This document shows, piece by piece, positions 1 to 12,950 of a stretch of 64,000 bases of DNA (the first letter of the stretch is position 1; each line of letters begins with the position of its first letter). Below the pieces are notes generated by a model. The model saw only the letters and a program-made list of their open reading frames with translations. It was not told the origin of the DNA and searched no databases. The translations under genes were made by a program, and so were the position numbers. Location: contig JANJGN010000038.1 in NCBI GenBank assembly GCA_026770705.1, forward strand, positions 7,626,001-7,690,000, read 5' to 3'. This DNA comes from Isurus oxyrinchus. Taxonomy: Eukaryota.

Positions 1-300
1 GTTTCTTTCGTGTGCCTTTTGATACCGGAGTCGATGATAGATTGTCCTGTGCTGAACATGAGTATTCAGCCCCGCTCTCCCACTCTTCCACGCTGCTTGT
101 CAAGCGGCTGATGGTCAGGTACTGGTTACCATCTTGGGTACCGGTTTCGATTTGAACACCTTCAGCCCTCACCTTTCCATTCACCTTCCAGGAGATCACA
201 ACCTCATTGGGAGCTGTGGACACCACTTCACACACTAGGATGGCAGTTTTATTGATCCAAATATCTTCAACTGTGGGATCTCTGAGAAGTACTGTGATAT
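1..300 (-). CDS. IgNAR: IgNAR constant domain C2 exon (3' end runs off the window)
   Basis: Acceptor ttgctcacttgtag at 301-302, phase 1. Translation (D)ITVLLRDPTVEDIWINKTAILVCEVVSTAPNEVVISWKVNGKVRAEGVQIETGTQDGNQYLTISRLTSSVEEWESGAEYSCSAQDNLSSTPVSKGTRKK: C1-set Ig fold with C/W/C and the LLRDPTVE and YLTISRLTSSVEEW motifs recalled for IgNAR C2. Open frame; sequons NKT and NLS. Not in the ORF track. Confidence 0.95.
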
Positions 301-1415
301 CTACAAGTGAGCAACAAAAACAAAAAAAAATAAAATCACGAGGAGGCTTTAATGCTGACAGTTCTACTTATTAACAATAATTTTTATATCAGTGACAATC
401 TGTGGGCAGACATGTCAACACGTGGCATGCAGGACGTTTTAACCTGTAAGGAGGAAGGTCGCCTTCAAGGCTCTCAGTGCCTGGTGGAGGGACCCATGAT
501 CATGAAGGGGGTGCTGCGCTGTGAGTCACCCCCAGCAGGCAAAACCCCTTCCACCATTCCTCAGATGTGGCCTGGGTCACCCCTTTTCTACATTGGACGA
601 CACGTCCCAAGGACATTACCCTCCATCACACTTTCCTAGCACCAACATGCCCTTTCTACATCGGACGCCCTCCCAAAGACTTCCAACCACAGATGCTCGC
701 TTCCTTCCACCCCAGCCTCTCCATAAGGACTACTTAATCATATCTGCACACACCCGGCATCATCTCCCTTGTCAGCTTTGAAACACCCAACACTTACATG
801 ACCCTGGAATCCGAGATTCAGACGCAGTGGACTTGTTGTGTCCCCAGACCTGCCCACTGCTGCCGCTGGTGCTGCTGGGTAAATAGCGCTGCCAGCCAGT
901 CAGATTGGCTAGCAGGTCCGAGTTGGAACATCCACCTGAGTTCGAGACACAAGTCCGGATCAAGCCAATTATTACTCCTGATTCAGGGGCTGCTGCGATT
1001 GGCGGGGATGTGATCCAACCACCAACCTCCCCTGCTCTGCACAACCCCCCCTAAAACCTTGCCCAGCCCCCACACTTCACCCCGATTCTGTGGATGGCAG
1101 TGCTGGGGTCTCCTGATCCGGAACTTCCTGCCAGTGACAGGTTAATTCCACTGTCTATTTCTCTGCCCTTGCTTTCTCTCTGCTCCATTCTTCCGTTTCA
1201 TCTTACATGCACATTTTTGTACCGATACTCAGCAGCAAATAGAATCCACTCTGGCAATTGGAACGATTTTCTCAATGAGGCTTTACAGTTTGACAGATTT
1301 TGTTGAAAATATATCCATTTGCTGTAATTCTCTGTTCTATTTTGCCTGCAGAAATTTGGCGAATTCAGTGGGCAGGGTGTGTCAACATTTTTTTTATCGT
1401 ACTATCAAAATAGGT

Positions 1416-2670
1416 TATAAGAACATGAGAACGAGGAGCAGGAGTTGGCAATTCAGTCCCTCGAGCCTGCCCCGCCATTCAATACGATCATGGCCGATCT
1501 CATTTTGGCCTCAACTCCAATTTCCCCCCTCTCCCCATAACCTTTAAACCCATTACTAATTAAAGATCTGTCTATCTCTTCCTTAAATTTATTCAGCGTC
1601 CCAGCATCAACTGTACTCTGAGGTGGTGAATTCCACAGGTTCACGACATTTTGAGAAAAGTAATTCCTCCTCATCTCTGATTTAACACTACCACCCGTTA
1701 GGCAAAAGCTATGGTCTCCTGTTCTGGAAAGCCCCAGAAAGAGAAACATCCGCTCCATGTCTACTTTGTCTATCCCCGTTAGCATCTTACATACCTCAAT
1801 TAGATCTCCTGTCATCCTTCTAAACTCTAGCGAGTATTGGCCTAAATCTCTCAATCTCTCCTGTTAAGACAAGCCCCGCATCGCTGGAATCAATCGAATG
1901 AACCTCCTCTGAACCACATCCAGTGCAGCTATATCCTTCCTCAAGTAAGTGTGAATCTGTGCACCATACCCCAGGTGCAGTCTCACCAATGCCTTGCCTA
2001 CTTGCAACAAACACTTCCCTATTTTTATGTTCTATGCTTTGAGCAATAAATGCCAAAATTCCATTTGCCTTCCTTATTACCTGCTGTACCTGCATGCTAC
2101 CTTTCAGCGATTCATGCACGAGGACATCCAGCTCCCTCTGCACTGAAGGATTCTGAAGTTTCTCTCCATTTAAACAATAAGTCGCCTTTTTATTCTTTCG
2201 ACCAAAATGGATAACCTCACACTTATCCACGTTAAACTCCCTCTGCAAAATCTCGGCCTATTTACCTAACCTCTCCATATCCATTTGTAAATTTATTTCT
2301 TTTTCATTGCAACTTACTTTCCCACCTATTTTGATGTCATCTGCAAATTTGGTTATGGTACCTCCTATCTCTGAATCCAAGTTATTAACATAGATGGTAA
2401 ATAGTTGGGGCCCAAGGACCGAACCCCGGGGCACACCACTAGTTACAGCTTGCTATCCAGAAAAAGACCCATTTATCCCGAATCTCTGCTTTCTGTTGGT
2501 TAGCCAATCCTCTATCCAAGCTAATGTGTTACCCCTAACACCGTGTGATCTTATTTTGTGTATTAATCTTTTGTGTGGCACCTTAAGAAAGGCCTTCTGG
2601 AAGTCCAGATATATTACATCTTCAGGATCACCATTGCCCACTTTGCTTGTCACATCTTCAAAGAAGTCAA
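1416..2670 (-). mobile_element. CR1-family LINE, 3' part (RT C-terminus and 3' tail), in the C1-C2 intron
   Basis: ORFs 2453-2866 (DVIYLDFQKAFLKVPHKRL), 1820-2248 (FNVDKCEVIHFG) and 1453-1854 (SLEFRRMTGDLIE...VVNLWNS) are frameshifted CR1 ORF2 segments. Confidence 0.9.
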
Positions 2671-3107
2671 TATGCTCAATGCTCAAAGCAAGATTATGCT
2701 TAATGTGCACATTAACCAGGGCATAACATTCATCAGAAGGCGCCATGGAAAAGAATTTTGCAAAATTCGCCCGACTGTGAGCATCATCCAGAACTTCAGG
2801 CATTGCCGGTGCAATACAGAATGCGAGAGAGCAGCAGGAGACCATTCGGCCGTTCATGACACTCACTACCTATTTGAAAGAGCACCATCAAATGCATTGG
2901 TCAATGCTGCTGAAACTCTTCCAGCAAATTTTATTGTAGTGTTTCACTGCATCTTGCTCTGTCACTGATCACACTCAGTGTTGCCTGTTCCAGGACCTTG
3001 AATCCGAAATGATAAATTATTGCAATAACAATCCCAATTAATCAGATGCTAATAAAGTAACTATGTTTCACATCTGCAAACCGTATGAACTGGGTCCATT
3101 TCCTCAC

Positions 3108-3422
3108 CTGACGTTGATCGAATTTCTTTCTGCTTGTTACTGTTGGTTGCGGAATGGGTTACTTGGCATCTGTACATGGAACCGCTGCTCCATTCCTGAA
3201 GAGGCACTTTCAGGAGGCTCGTGGAGCTGAAGTCTCCTTTCGATGATTTAGCTGGGGGCGTAGTGGTAAAGCCAGAGTCTATGCTATTTCCGTTCTTCTG
3301 CCAGGTCACCCGAATGCTTTCTGGCTTGTACTCCCTGATGAGGCAAAGCAGCTGCACAAAACCCTTTGCTCTCAGTTCGGAATTTGCAAGGTAGAAGAGA
3401 CTGATTATTGGAGGAGTCGGCC
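3108..3422 (-). CDS. IgNAR: IgNAR constant domain C1 exon
   Basis: Acceptor ttttaattttag (3423-3424), donor gtgag (3106-3107), 315 nt, phase 1-1. (G)PTPPIISLFYLANSELRAKGFVQLLCLIREYKPESIRVTWQKNG...DFSSTSLLKVPLQEWSSGSMYRCQVTHSATNSNKQKEIRSTS matches the IgNAR C1 signature (FVQL.CLI, LLKVPLQEW, KEIRSTS). Confidence 0.97.
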
Positions 3423-3489
3423 CTAAAATTAAAAAACAACATCTTAGTTCTTTTCTAAAAGTACGATAAATCGTTTCCAACATATTTCC

Positions 3490-3690
3490 ACCAGTATTCA
3501 TCCCTTGGCCAAAATCTAAATCAGATATTGCAGTCACAGGCTCATTATAGGAGTTTGGTATGAGCAAATTAACTGCCGGGTTTCATATAGGACAATGGTG
3601 CCTGCGCTTCAAAAATAATCTGATAGTTTGTAAGGCGCTATGTGGTGTTCTGAGGACCTGGAAGACACAATAGAAATTCACGTTTTTCCT
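3490..3690 (+). mobile_element. decayed 3' part of a Deu-domain (SacSINE1/AmnSINE-like) SINE
   Basis: gcaaattaactgcc...cttcaaaaataatctgatagtttgtaaggcgctatgtggtgttctgagg resembles the tail of the copy at 45565-45990; family name from recall. Confidence 0.5.
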
Positions 3691-5160
3691 CAATTATTTA
3701 TTGGAATATTTGCGCTTGGTTAATTGTCATTTCTATTATTATCGTAGCAATGCAATGGAATGTGACACCACCTGAAATCTTATCTAAAATAGAGGCCAGA
3801 TTCTTAAGATAATATGAATGACTCACGGCCCTGGTCTGCACCGGGTGCAACACAAATGGCGGACAGATCAGAGATTATTATTACTATTATTATCTTAATA
3901 ACAGCAATTGAAGCTTCCCCGCCCCGTTCACATAATACAATAAAATTTCCTGGAATTTCCTTCCATCATATCGGCGCACATATGAGAAGGTCACCGCTTT
4001 AGCGGGAGGGAACTGATCCACAACTATTGGGAGTCAATTTATGCTCTAATCAGGAAGTTGCATTTCGCTCCCAAGGGCTCGGCAAAAGTCCATGTCCTCG
4101 ATCCAACCCGACCCTGTAATAATGGAAATTCGGCTGTGTTTCCGGAACTTAGAAAGCTGCGTATTTATTTATTTAAAGCCGATATTGGCAGGTGTGGAGT
4201 CTGCTCAGGATGGAATCCACACACCGGTGGTATGCATTTGAAATTTATTTTAATTATTTATCACCAATGCCTGTTGCAGGTAGTTATGGAAATTGGAACT
4301 TTTCTCAAGCTATTTTAAAAGAAGTACTTGTTGGTAGAAAGGGATAAGTCGGAGCAGGTATGAAAGTAATGCAGCATTATTGCTTGCATGTTATATTTCT
4401 GCTTATCAAAGCTGCCTGGGAGCAGGTATGGAGGTGGCTGCAGTGGTGTTAAATTAAATGTTAATGGTCCCCTTATATGTACTGGCCAGCAGAATGAAAA
4501 ACAGGTTGCAGCCCAACGTTCTGGCACTCAGCTCCATATCTGCTCCCATTCAGCCTGTTATAAGCAAACATAAGAATGGAAATATTGTCATAAAGGAAGT
4601 GAGGTGTTGAATAGCAATTCAAATATTGCTGAAAAAAGGATTTTTTTTGTCGAATCTTTTCGTCTTGCACTCATCAGGATAGTTCGCAAGAAATTATTAC
4701 TCTCGGGGAAACGACATATTTATATAGCATGACAAAACAGACGCACAAGACAGGAGCTCATGTATTGCGGGTAATGCATTAGCATGGATTAAGGATTGAC
4801 TATTGACAGGGAAGACAAACAATCGGTATTTAATGATTTTTTTCAGGTGAGAAAACCACAAAGTTCAGTCCTAGGGCCTCAATTATTTACTATCAATATT
4901 AATTACTTGGAGTCGGGGCAGAGTGTGATATATCCAAATTTGCAGACAATATAAAATAGGTGGGAGGACATGTTGTGATGAACGCATAAGCAATCGGCAA
5001 GGGAATATAGATGGGTTGAGTAAGTGGCAGAAATTTGCAGATAAAGCTTACTGCAGAAAAGTGTGAGGTTATGCACTATGGTAGGAAGAAGCAAAAGTCA
5101 AACTATTATTTAAATTGAGAGATGCTCCAAAAACGTGCAGCACAGACGGATCTGGTTGTT

Positions 5161-6530
5161 ATAGAACCAATAATAGAAAAGTACAGCACAGGAACAGGAC
5201 CTTCGGCACTCCAAGCTTGTGCCGATCATACTGCCTGCCAAACTAAAACATTGTACAATTCCGGGGTCCATATCCCTCTATTCCCATCCCATTCGTGTAT
5301 TTGGCAAGCTGCCTCTTAAACAGCACTATCATACTTGCTTCCAACACCTCTTCTGGCATCGAATTCCAGACACTCACTACCCTCTGGGTAAAAAGCTTGC
5401 CCCGCTCATCTCTTAGGTTTTCTCCGCTCACCTTCCATCTATGTCCCCTAGTAATTGACTCTTCCACCCTGGGGAAAAAAAGCTTCTATCTACTCTGCCC
5501 ATGCCATTCATAATTTTGTAAACTTCTATCAAGTCGCCCCTCAATCTCCGTTGCTCTATTGAGAACAATCCGAGTTTCTCCAACCTCTCTTCATATACAA
5601 TAACCTACAGACCAGGCAGCATCCTGCAAAACCTCCTCTGCACCCTCTCCAACGCCTCCATATCCTTCTAGTAATGTGGTGACAAGAATTGCAAGCAATA
5701 ATCCCAGTCTGGCCTAACCAAGGTTCTATACAGCTGCAGCATGACTTCCAGGCTTTAAGACTCAATAACCCTGCTGATGAAGGCAGGCATTCCATATGCC
5801 TTCCTGACTATGTTATCCAACTGCGTTGCCAATTTCAGCAGCCTGTGGATCTGTACACCCAGGTCCCTCTGCCCGTCGATTCACTCAAAATTTTCTGACA
5901 TTTACTGTATAATTCCTACCTGTATTAGACTTTCCAAAAGGCATTACCTCGCATTTGTCGGGATTAAACTCCATGAGCCATTTCTCCGCCCAAGTCTCCA
6001 ACTGGTCCATATCCCATTGTATCCTTTGACAATGCACTTCAATGTCTGCAACTCCTCCAATCTCAGTGTCGTCTGCAAACTTACTGATTAGCCCAGTAAC
6101 TTTTTCCTCCAAATCATTAACATATCCTACAAACAACCAATGTCCCAGCACTGATCCCTGTGGAAATCCACCAATCACAGCTCACCATTCAGAAAAGCAC
6201 CCTTCTACTGCTACCCTCTGTCTTCAATGACCAAGGCAATTCTGCATCCATCTTGCCAACTCACATCTGATGCCGTGCGACTTTACCTTCTGTACCAGTC
6301 TGCAATGAGGGACATTGTCAAAGGCCTTACTGAAATCTGTGTAGATAGAATCCACTGCCCTTCCATCGTTGATCATCTTTGTCACTTCCTCGAAAACTCG
6401 GTCAAGTTAGTGAGACCACGACCTACCCTTCAAAAACCATGCTGCCTCTCAATAAAACACCCATTTGCTTCCAAATGCTAGTAAATCCTGTCACAAAGAA
6501 TCTTCTCCAATAATTTCCATACCACTCACC
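5161..6530 (-). mobile_element. CR1 LINE 3' fragment nested in the plus-strand CR1
   Basis: ORF 5885-6178 (PQGSVLG...ISKFADDTEIGG...MEFNPDKCEV) and ORF 5243-5467 (FTQRVVSVWNS). Confidence 0.9.
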
Positions 6531-6726
6531 GGTGGAACAACATTGTGCGTGAAGCACAAAAACAAAGTTATCAAACAGGTGCAACAGGTGATTAATAAGG
6601 CAAGTGGATTTTGGTCTGTATTGCTAGGGGTCTAAAGTTTAAAAATAGGAAGTCTTTTTACAAATGTGGAGGGCCTTGTTGAGGCCATACCTGGAGCACT
6701 GTCTATAGTTTTGGTTCCTGATGTTC

Positions 6727-8400
6727 AGAGAATCACTGAATCACACAATGTAGAAGGGGCCCTTCGGCCCATCGAGTCTGCACCGACACGTGAGATCTAC
6801 CTACCTAATCCAGTTCACCAGCACCTGTCCCATAGCCTTAAATGTTATGATGTGCCAAGTGCTCATCCAGGAATTTTTTAAAGGATGTGAGGCAACCTGC
6901 CTCCACCACCCTCCAAGTCAGCTCATTCCAGAACGTCAAAAACACTCTGGGTAAAAATGTTTTTCCTCACATCGCACCTAAGCCTCCTGCCCCTCACCAT
7001 GAACTTATGTCCCTTCGTGACTGACCCTTCAACTAAGGGGAACAGCTGCTCACTATCGACCCTGTATATGCACCTCATAATGTTGTGCACCTCGATCAGA
7101 ACGCCCCTCAGTGTTCTCTGCTCCAACGAACACAAACCAAGTCCATACAACCTCTCTTCATAACTTAAATGTTTTATCCCAGGCATCATCCTGGTGAATC
7201 TCCTCTGCACCTCCTCCACTGCAATCATGGAGCGACCAGAACTGCACACGTTACTCCAGCTGTGGCCTCACCAAGGTTCTATACTTCTCCAAGATGTCCT
7301 CCCTGGTTTTGTAATCAATGCCTCGATTGATAAAGGCAAGTGTCTTATATGCCTTTTTCACCACCCGACGAACATGCTGCTCTGCCTTCAGACATTTAGG
7401 GACACACACGCCAAGGTCCCTTTATTCCTCAGAACTTCCTCCTGTCGTGCCTTTCATTTGAATTTTTCCTTGTCAAATTACTCCTTCCAAAGTGTATCAC
7501 CTCATACTTTTCAGCGTTAAATCCCATCCACCACTTATCTGCCCATTTGACCATCCTGTATATATATTCCTGTAGCCCAAGACACTCAACCTCACTGTTA
7601 AACATCTGGCCAATCCTTGTGTCATCCGAAAACTCACTAATCCTACCCTCCACATAGTCTTATATGCCGTTTATATGAATGATGAATAAAAGGGGACCCA
7701 GCACACATTCCTGTGGTATGCCAATGGACGCTGGCTTCCAGTCACTGAAGCATCCCTGTGCCGTCACCCACTGTCTCAGACAACTAAGCTAATTTTGAAT
7801 CCACCTTATAAATTACCCTGTATCCCATGCGCATTTGCCCTCTGTATAAGTCTCCAATGTGGGAACTTGTCAAAGGATTTGCTGAAATCCACATAAACTA
7901 CATCAACAGCAGTACCCTCATCGACCCACCTAGTCCCCTTCTCAAAAAAGTCAAGCAAATTTGTTAGGCATGACCTCCCTCTGACAAAGCCATGCTGACT
8001 ATCCCTGTTCAAGCCTTGCCTCTCCAAATGTAGGTCGGTTCTCTCCTTCAGAATTTTCTCCAATAGTTTCCCTACCACTGATGTGAGACGCACTGGTCTG
8101 TAGTTTCCTGGCTTATCTCCATACAGCTTCTTCAATAGCGGAACCAAATTCGCTGTTCTCCAGTCCTCAGGCACATCCCCGATGGCCATATTTAGGTCAG
8201 ATACCTGCCCCCCTCAGCAGTTCGGGACATAAAGCATCTGGACCTGGTAGTTTGTCCACTTCTAAGCCTGCCAGCGACTCAAATATCTTTTCAGTCCCTA
8301 TGTCAATTTGCTCAAGAACCTCACAATCTCTCTCCATTAGTTCGAAAGTTTCATCCTCATTCTCTTGGGTGAAAACGCATGAGAAGTATTCATTCAACAC
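6727..8400 (-). mobile_element. CR1 LINE 3' fragment nested in the plus-strand CR1
   Basis: ORFs 7806-8189 (DKPGNYRPVRLTSVVGKLLE...QHGFVRGRSCLTNL), 7429-7653 (FSDDTRIG) and 6923-7249. Confidence 0.9.
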
Positions 8401-9289
8401 ATTTAAGAAAGGAAGTACTGGCATTGAAGGCAGTTCGAAAGGTATTCACTGGGCTGATTCATGGAATGAAGGAGTTTACTTATCAAGAATGGCTAAACAG
8501 TTTCGGCCTTTGTCCATTAGAGTTTTGAAGAATGAGGGTTATCTTACTGAAATGCACAAAATCCTGAAGGGGCTTGGCAGAGTAGGCGCTGAGAAAATAC
8601 TTCCACCACTGGGGAAATCTAAAACTAGGGGACATGGTTAGAGAATAAAGGGACAATCATTTGAAGCTGAGATGCAAAGGAATTTGTTCCCTCAGAGGGT
8701 AGTGAATGTCTGGAATTCTTTACCCCAGAGTGTTGTGGAGGCTAGGCCACTGAAAGTACTTAAAGAGGAAATGGATGGGTTTGTGAAATATCAGGAAGTT
8801 TAGAGCTATGAGGAGCTGGCACGAAAGAGGAGTTGTGGCCTGGGATAGATCAGTTATTATTTTACTGAAAGGCGGGGCAGGCTTGAGAGGCCAAATGGCC
8901 TACTCCTGCTCCTCTTTGTTTTGTTCATAAAAGATTGCTGATTGGTTGGAAAATGGCTCTGATTGTTAGAGGCGCTGGCGCGGAGGATGCACAAGCATCA
9001 AGCTTACATAGAGAGCAAATGGCTCGGGCCAGATTTAGGGGTTTTACGATAAGACCAATTTTATAGTGCATGGTACTTCAAGAGTCCCAGCGCGTCTATT
9101 GGACATAATGGGTTGACCTGCAGCAAACTCTGATTGTCGGCACTTGTTAATTTATGACTGAACTGTTGTCAGTGCTGTAGGTCCAATATTTCTTCATTTT
9201 TGCTCTGCCAAGTAGTGATTGTCAAATATTGAATGCACATTGATTCTTTCTCTATCATTTCCCATTTAAACCCTGCCCCTCGGCGATGT

Positions 9290-10180
9290 TATCTGAAACC
9301 ATACCATTAATTTTCAGCTGTATGATGACGATGCAGAATTCTACACCACCACCACCTCTATCGACTCCTCTAATGTCATGAAATTGCCAGACTGATGCCT
9401 GACATTCAGTCCTAGATTAACAGTAATTTCGCCCTACTAAATATTGGTGAAGCTGTGATCTTCAGAACCAGCGGCACATTCCATTCCCTTGAAGCCTCTT
9501 CCACCCCTCTGTCTGTCAATGGCTGAGGCTGTATCAGACTCTTTGCCACTTTGGTGTAATTATTTGACCACAAGACCAGTTTCTGACCATGTATTTGCTC
9601 CATTCCTCCGACAGTCTATTTAAACCTCAGGAAGATCTCCACACTCCGCTCACACATCTCCACAATCTATATTGCAGCTTCATTCATACCTTTATTCCCT
9701 TTAGATTTGGTTATTCCAATGCACTTGTAGCCAATATCCCACATTCTATCCTCAGTGAACATTAGGTCATCCTAAACTGCTGCCCGTGTATTAATCACGC
9801 TAAGTACCTTTCACCAATCACCTTCTGCTTGCTGAATGGCATTGTGCCCCGTTCAACCAAAGCATTGATTTTTAAATTCCCATCCACCCGTGGTCTTGTA
9901 CATCCCACACTCTGTAAACTCATCCAGCTATGTAACTTTCCAAAAATGTGGGCCTGCCAAATAAAGCTTCTCGGATTTTAATTGCACCCCCACCCGCCCT
10001 AAGGACCGAAGCACTAGAATTCCCTTCCTAAACTTCACCCCTTATCCAGCGTTTTTTTCAACCAAACATTAGACATTCTCCTAATTATCGCCTTACGTAT
10101 CTCATCGGTTTGGATTTTAAGACTCCTCTGAAGTGCATTGGGAAGTTTCATTGCGCTGAAGATAATGTAAGTCCAAGTTT
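9290..10180 (+). mobile_element. ancient L2-like LINE 3' fragment
   Basis: cagctgtatgatgacgatgcagaattctac (degenerate YADDTQLY) followed by C/T-rich coding remnants; similar to 18700-19500. Confidence 0.55.
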
Positions 10181-11499
10181 TGTTTGTTAACTGCTGTCGA
10201 TAACCTGTTTTACCTGTCATGTTCATGGAGTAATATGGTTTTGTAACTTTACTTGGAAACATTTTCAAACAAAATTTTCTGAAATAATGGGATTCATAGT
10301 CGACAGCAAAAAGAATTTAGGACACACTCAAATCATTCATGATATCATCAAATGGTGGAACAAGATGAAGCAGCACATCAGCTCACTCCAAATCTGTTTG
10401 TTCGAATCGGCTAATGATAACAATCCAAGTTCATCTAAGTTGCTTCATAATTTAAATCCCGTGTCACATGTACTATTATAGCTTATTTCCTCTATGCCCT
10501 TTCTAAGATGTTAACATCGTCCCTTAACCGCAGTTCATATAATTGGGCACATTATTCCAAATAGTTCTTAAGCACTATTCTTAATGTTATGACACAACGG
10601 TTGATAAAGGCTAACCTTTAAAATCCCAGATGGAAAATTTAAACAACTGTCATTATCTATATTTTCAATTGGTGCGTTTGAGATGAAACTCTGAATTCAG
10701 AAATGAACCCCCTCAACCCTTCAGTGGTTATTATATCAAACTAAATGATACATTTATGAATATACAACAAGGCATTGAGCACATAAACATTTCTACAAAT
10801 TATTAACATAACTTATAACAAATTTCCAAATTAATCTCCAAGAAGGCAAAAATAGCCAATAGACTTAACCAGACGCCAGGCAAAGCAATTTCATCTTATG
10901 AATTCAAAATGAGTTTCCTTTCACGTTGGTTCCTTTGCAGGCAGCAGTAGGCTTACACCTTTTGACCTTACATGCCTCTGGTTTCAACACACAGAACTCT
11001 TACGCATATACCGAGCCTTCCCCTTTGAATGCAGTTGTTCATTCTATCACCAGGTCTTTTGAACGCCTTTCACAATACCAATTTTGTTAGTAATATAAAC
11101 GTTGCTTTGTTTCTCTTGACTTAGTGCAAGTTTTCGCTCTGCTTCTCGAATGCTGCATTCAACAAAATGCAAATGCACCCTAGCATACTGTATACATCTC
11201 AAAATTACTATACATCAAAGCAGGCAGGCAAGCTGGCTTTAGTCCAATTAACACACACAGACTAAACCCCTATTTAAAAAAAACAATTAGATTGCATAGA
11301 TTAATATTTCTTCCTGACAATTATTTTAAGTTTAGCATAATCTTATTACCTTATGCTTTAAGAAACAACTGCAAATGTCTGCCACCTTCAAGATCACTGT
11401 GCATGCGGCCCCAGGTCACTCGATTCCAGTCCCCTTCTCCACCGACTAAGAACTGATTATTTAGTTTTTGTTACAATTTCTCATTCATCCATCAAAAAC

Positions 11500-12950
11500 C
11501 TATACCGCAATTCTTCCTCACATTTAACAGAACCTGCCATGCATCAACCCAGTTGACCAGTCAGACTACGTTAACTCTTCAGTATATTTACACGTTGCGT
11601 GCCATCTGAAATCTTTGAAATTCTGCCCTGTATCCCTGAGTCCAGGTCATTAATATGTATCAGAAAGAACAATAGTTCTCATACCGCCCCGGGCTGACAA
11701 CGTGCAATTTTGTCTAATCAGAAACAATAATTCAAAACCATTATTCTGTGACTTCTATCCCTTCCCAAATCTTGTATTCAGCCTGTCGCCTCCATTTTAA
11801 CCCCGTGGACTTTAGTTTTGATGCTTAGGCAAACAATATTTGTGGGTCCATATACCCAGCATCACCTGCACTGAGCTCAACAACCGTCGCTGTTACACCA
11901 TCAAGAATTCATCCAAGATAGTTAAACATGATTTTCCTTTAACAAACTCGTTTGCTTGTAACTATTGAACTGTAGTGGAGAGTACCAACTAATTTTCGCC
12001 GCATTATTGTCTGTACAGTTTTCCCCATTTCTAATGCTGGGCTGATTGGCTGCATTTCTCAAATTCTCTGCTTTGTGTGCCTGGGGACAACATTTTGGAA
12101 CGCCCAGGCTTCCAGGACCACTCTCATATCTAAGGAGGTTTGGAAGGCTGTGGTGATAGCTTTAACTGTTTCATCACTGGCTTCTATCAGCATTCCATCC
12201 GTCCAAGTGATTTGTTTTCTTCTTCAAGCGCTGCCAATATTGCAAATAACATTTTTTTTTATCATATTGAATCCCTTCAGTTTCCCTAGTGCCCCCTAAC
12301 TTGCTGTGACATTGACAGAATTAGGCATTTTTTTCAGTGAAGGCGCATTTAAACTATTTACTTTTGCCTCTGCCACGCCTTCTACCGCCATAACAACATA
12401 GGTTTCGGCCCCTATTTATCCTCATCCTTCCTTTGACAATCCTACTGCTTAGGTGCCCATAAGAAAATTATAAAACACTTTGAGTTTGCCTTTTATTTTA
12501 AATGTAAGTATATTCACATACCTTGCCACTATTATTCCGTTGGTCTCATTCACCCTTTACTTTATGTGCTCAACTTGCTTCTTTACTTATGAAACATACA
12601 TTTCCCATAAGCATTGCGATTCTGCTTCATGTTAATTTCTACATTTAGTCATTCACGGAACTCCATTTTGATGTTCTTCCCTTTCATTTCATGGAAATGT
12701 GTCTTCACGGTACCCGAGCCATTTTTTCTTTAAAGATCTCATATTATACGTTTTTGGTTTTAACTATTAATTCACGATTTCAATCAGCCTGTGTCAGGTC
12801 CATTAACATATCTTTGAAAATGTTTCACAATTTTATATGTATTTTTTTCTCATTTTCTAGGAGGATTTTCCATTCAGTTCTGCCTTAATGTAGTTTACAG
12901 GAATTAGCATTAAATAAAAGGCTGTTTTTATTCCTAGAGTCCTCTCTCCA
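11500..12950 (-). mobile_element. highly decayed CR1 fragment
   Basis: Remnants such as gttaaacatgattttcctttaacaaac and gggctgattggctgca match CR1 RT antisense segments elsewhere in the window. Confidence 0.55.

Larger units (their letters stand above)
4750..8930 (+). mobile_element. older plus-strand CR1 3' fragment split into three pieces (about 4750-5160, 6540-6725, 8400-8930) by two younger insertions
   Basis: Collinear CR1 RT motifs continue across the breaks (tccaaatttgcagac, aagtgtgaggttatgcac, then gtgcaacaggtgattaataagg, then gagggtagtgaatgtctggaattc) and end in the CR1 3' tail ggccaaatggcctactcctgctcc. Confidence 0.75.

Noticed and set aside
3061-3567. 168-aa ORF as a whole protein
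   Set aside because: Only 3108-3422 is exon; the N-terminal part is intron and SINE sequence, and the C-terminal part reads through the donor site.
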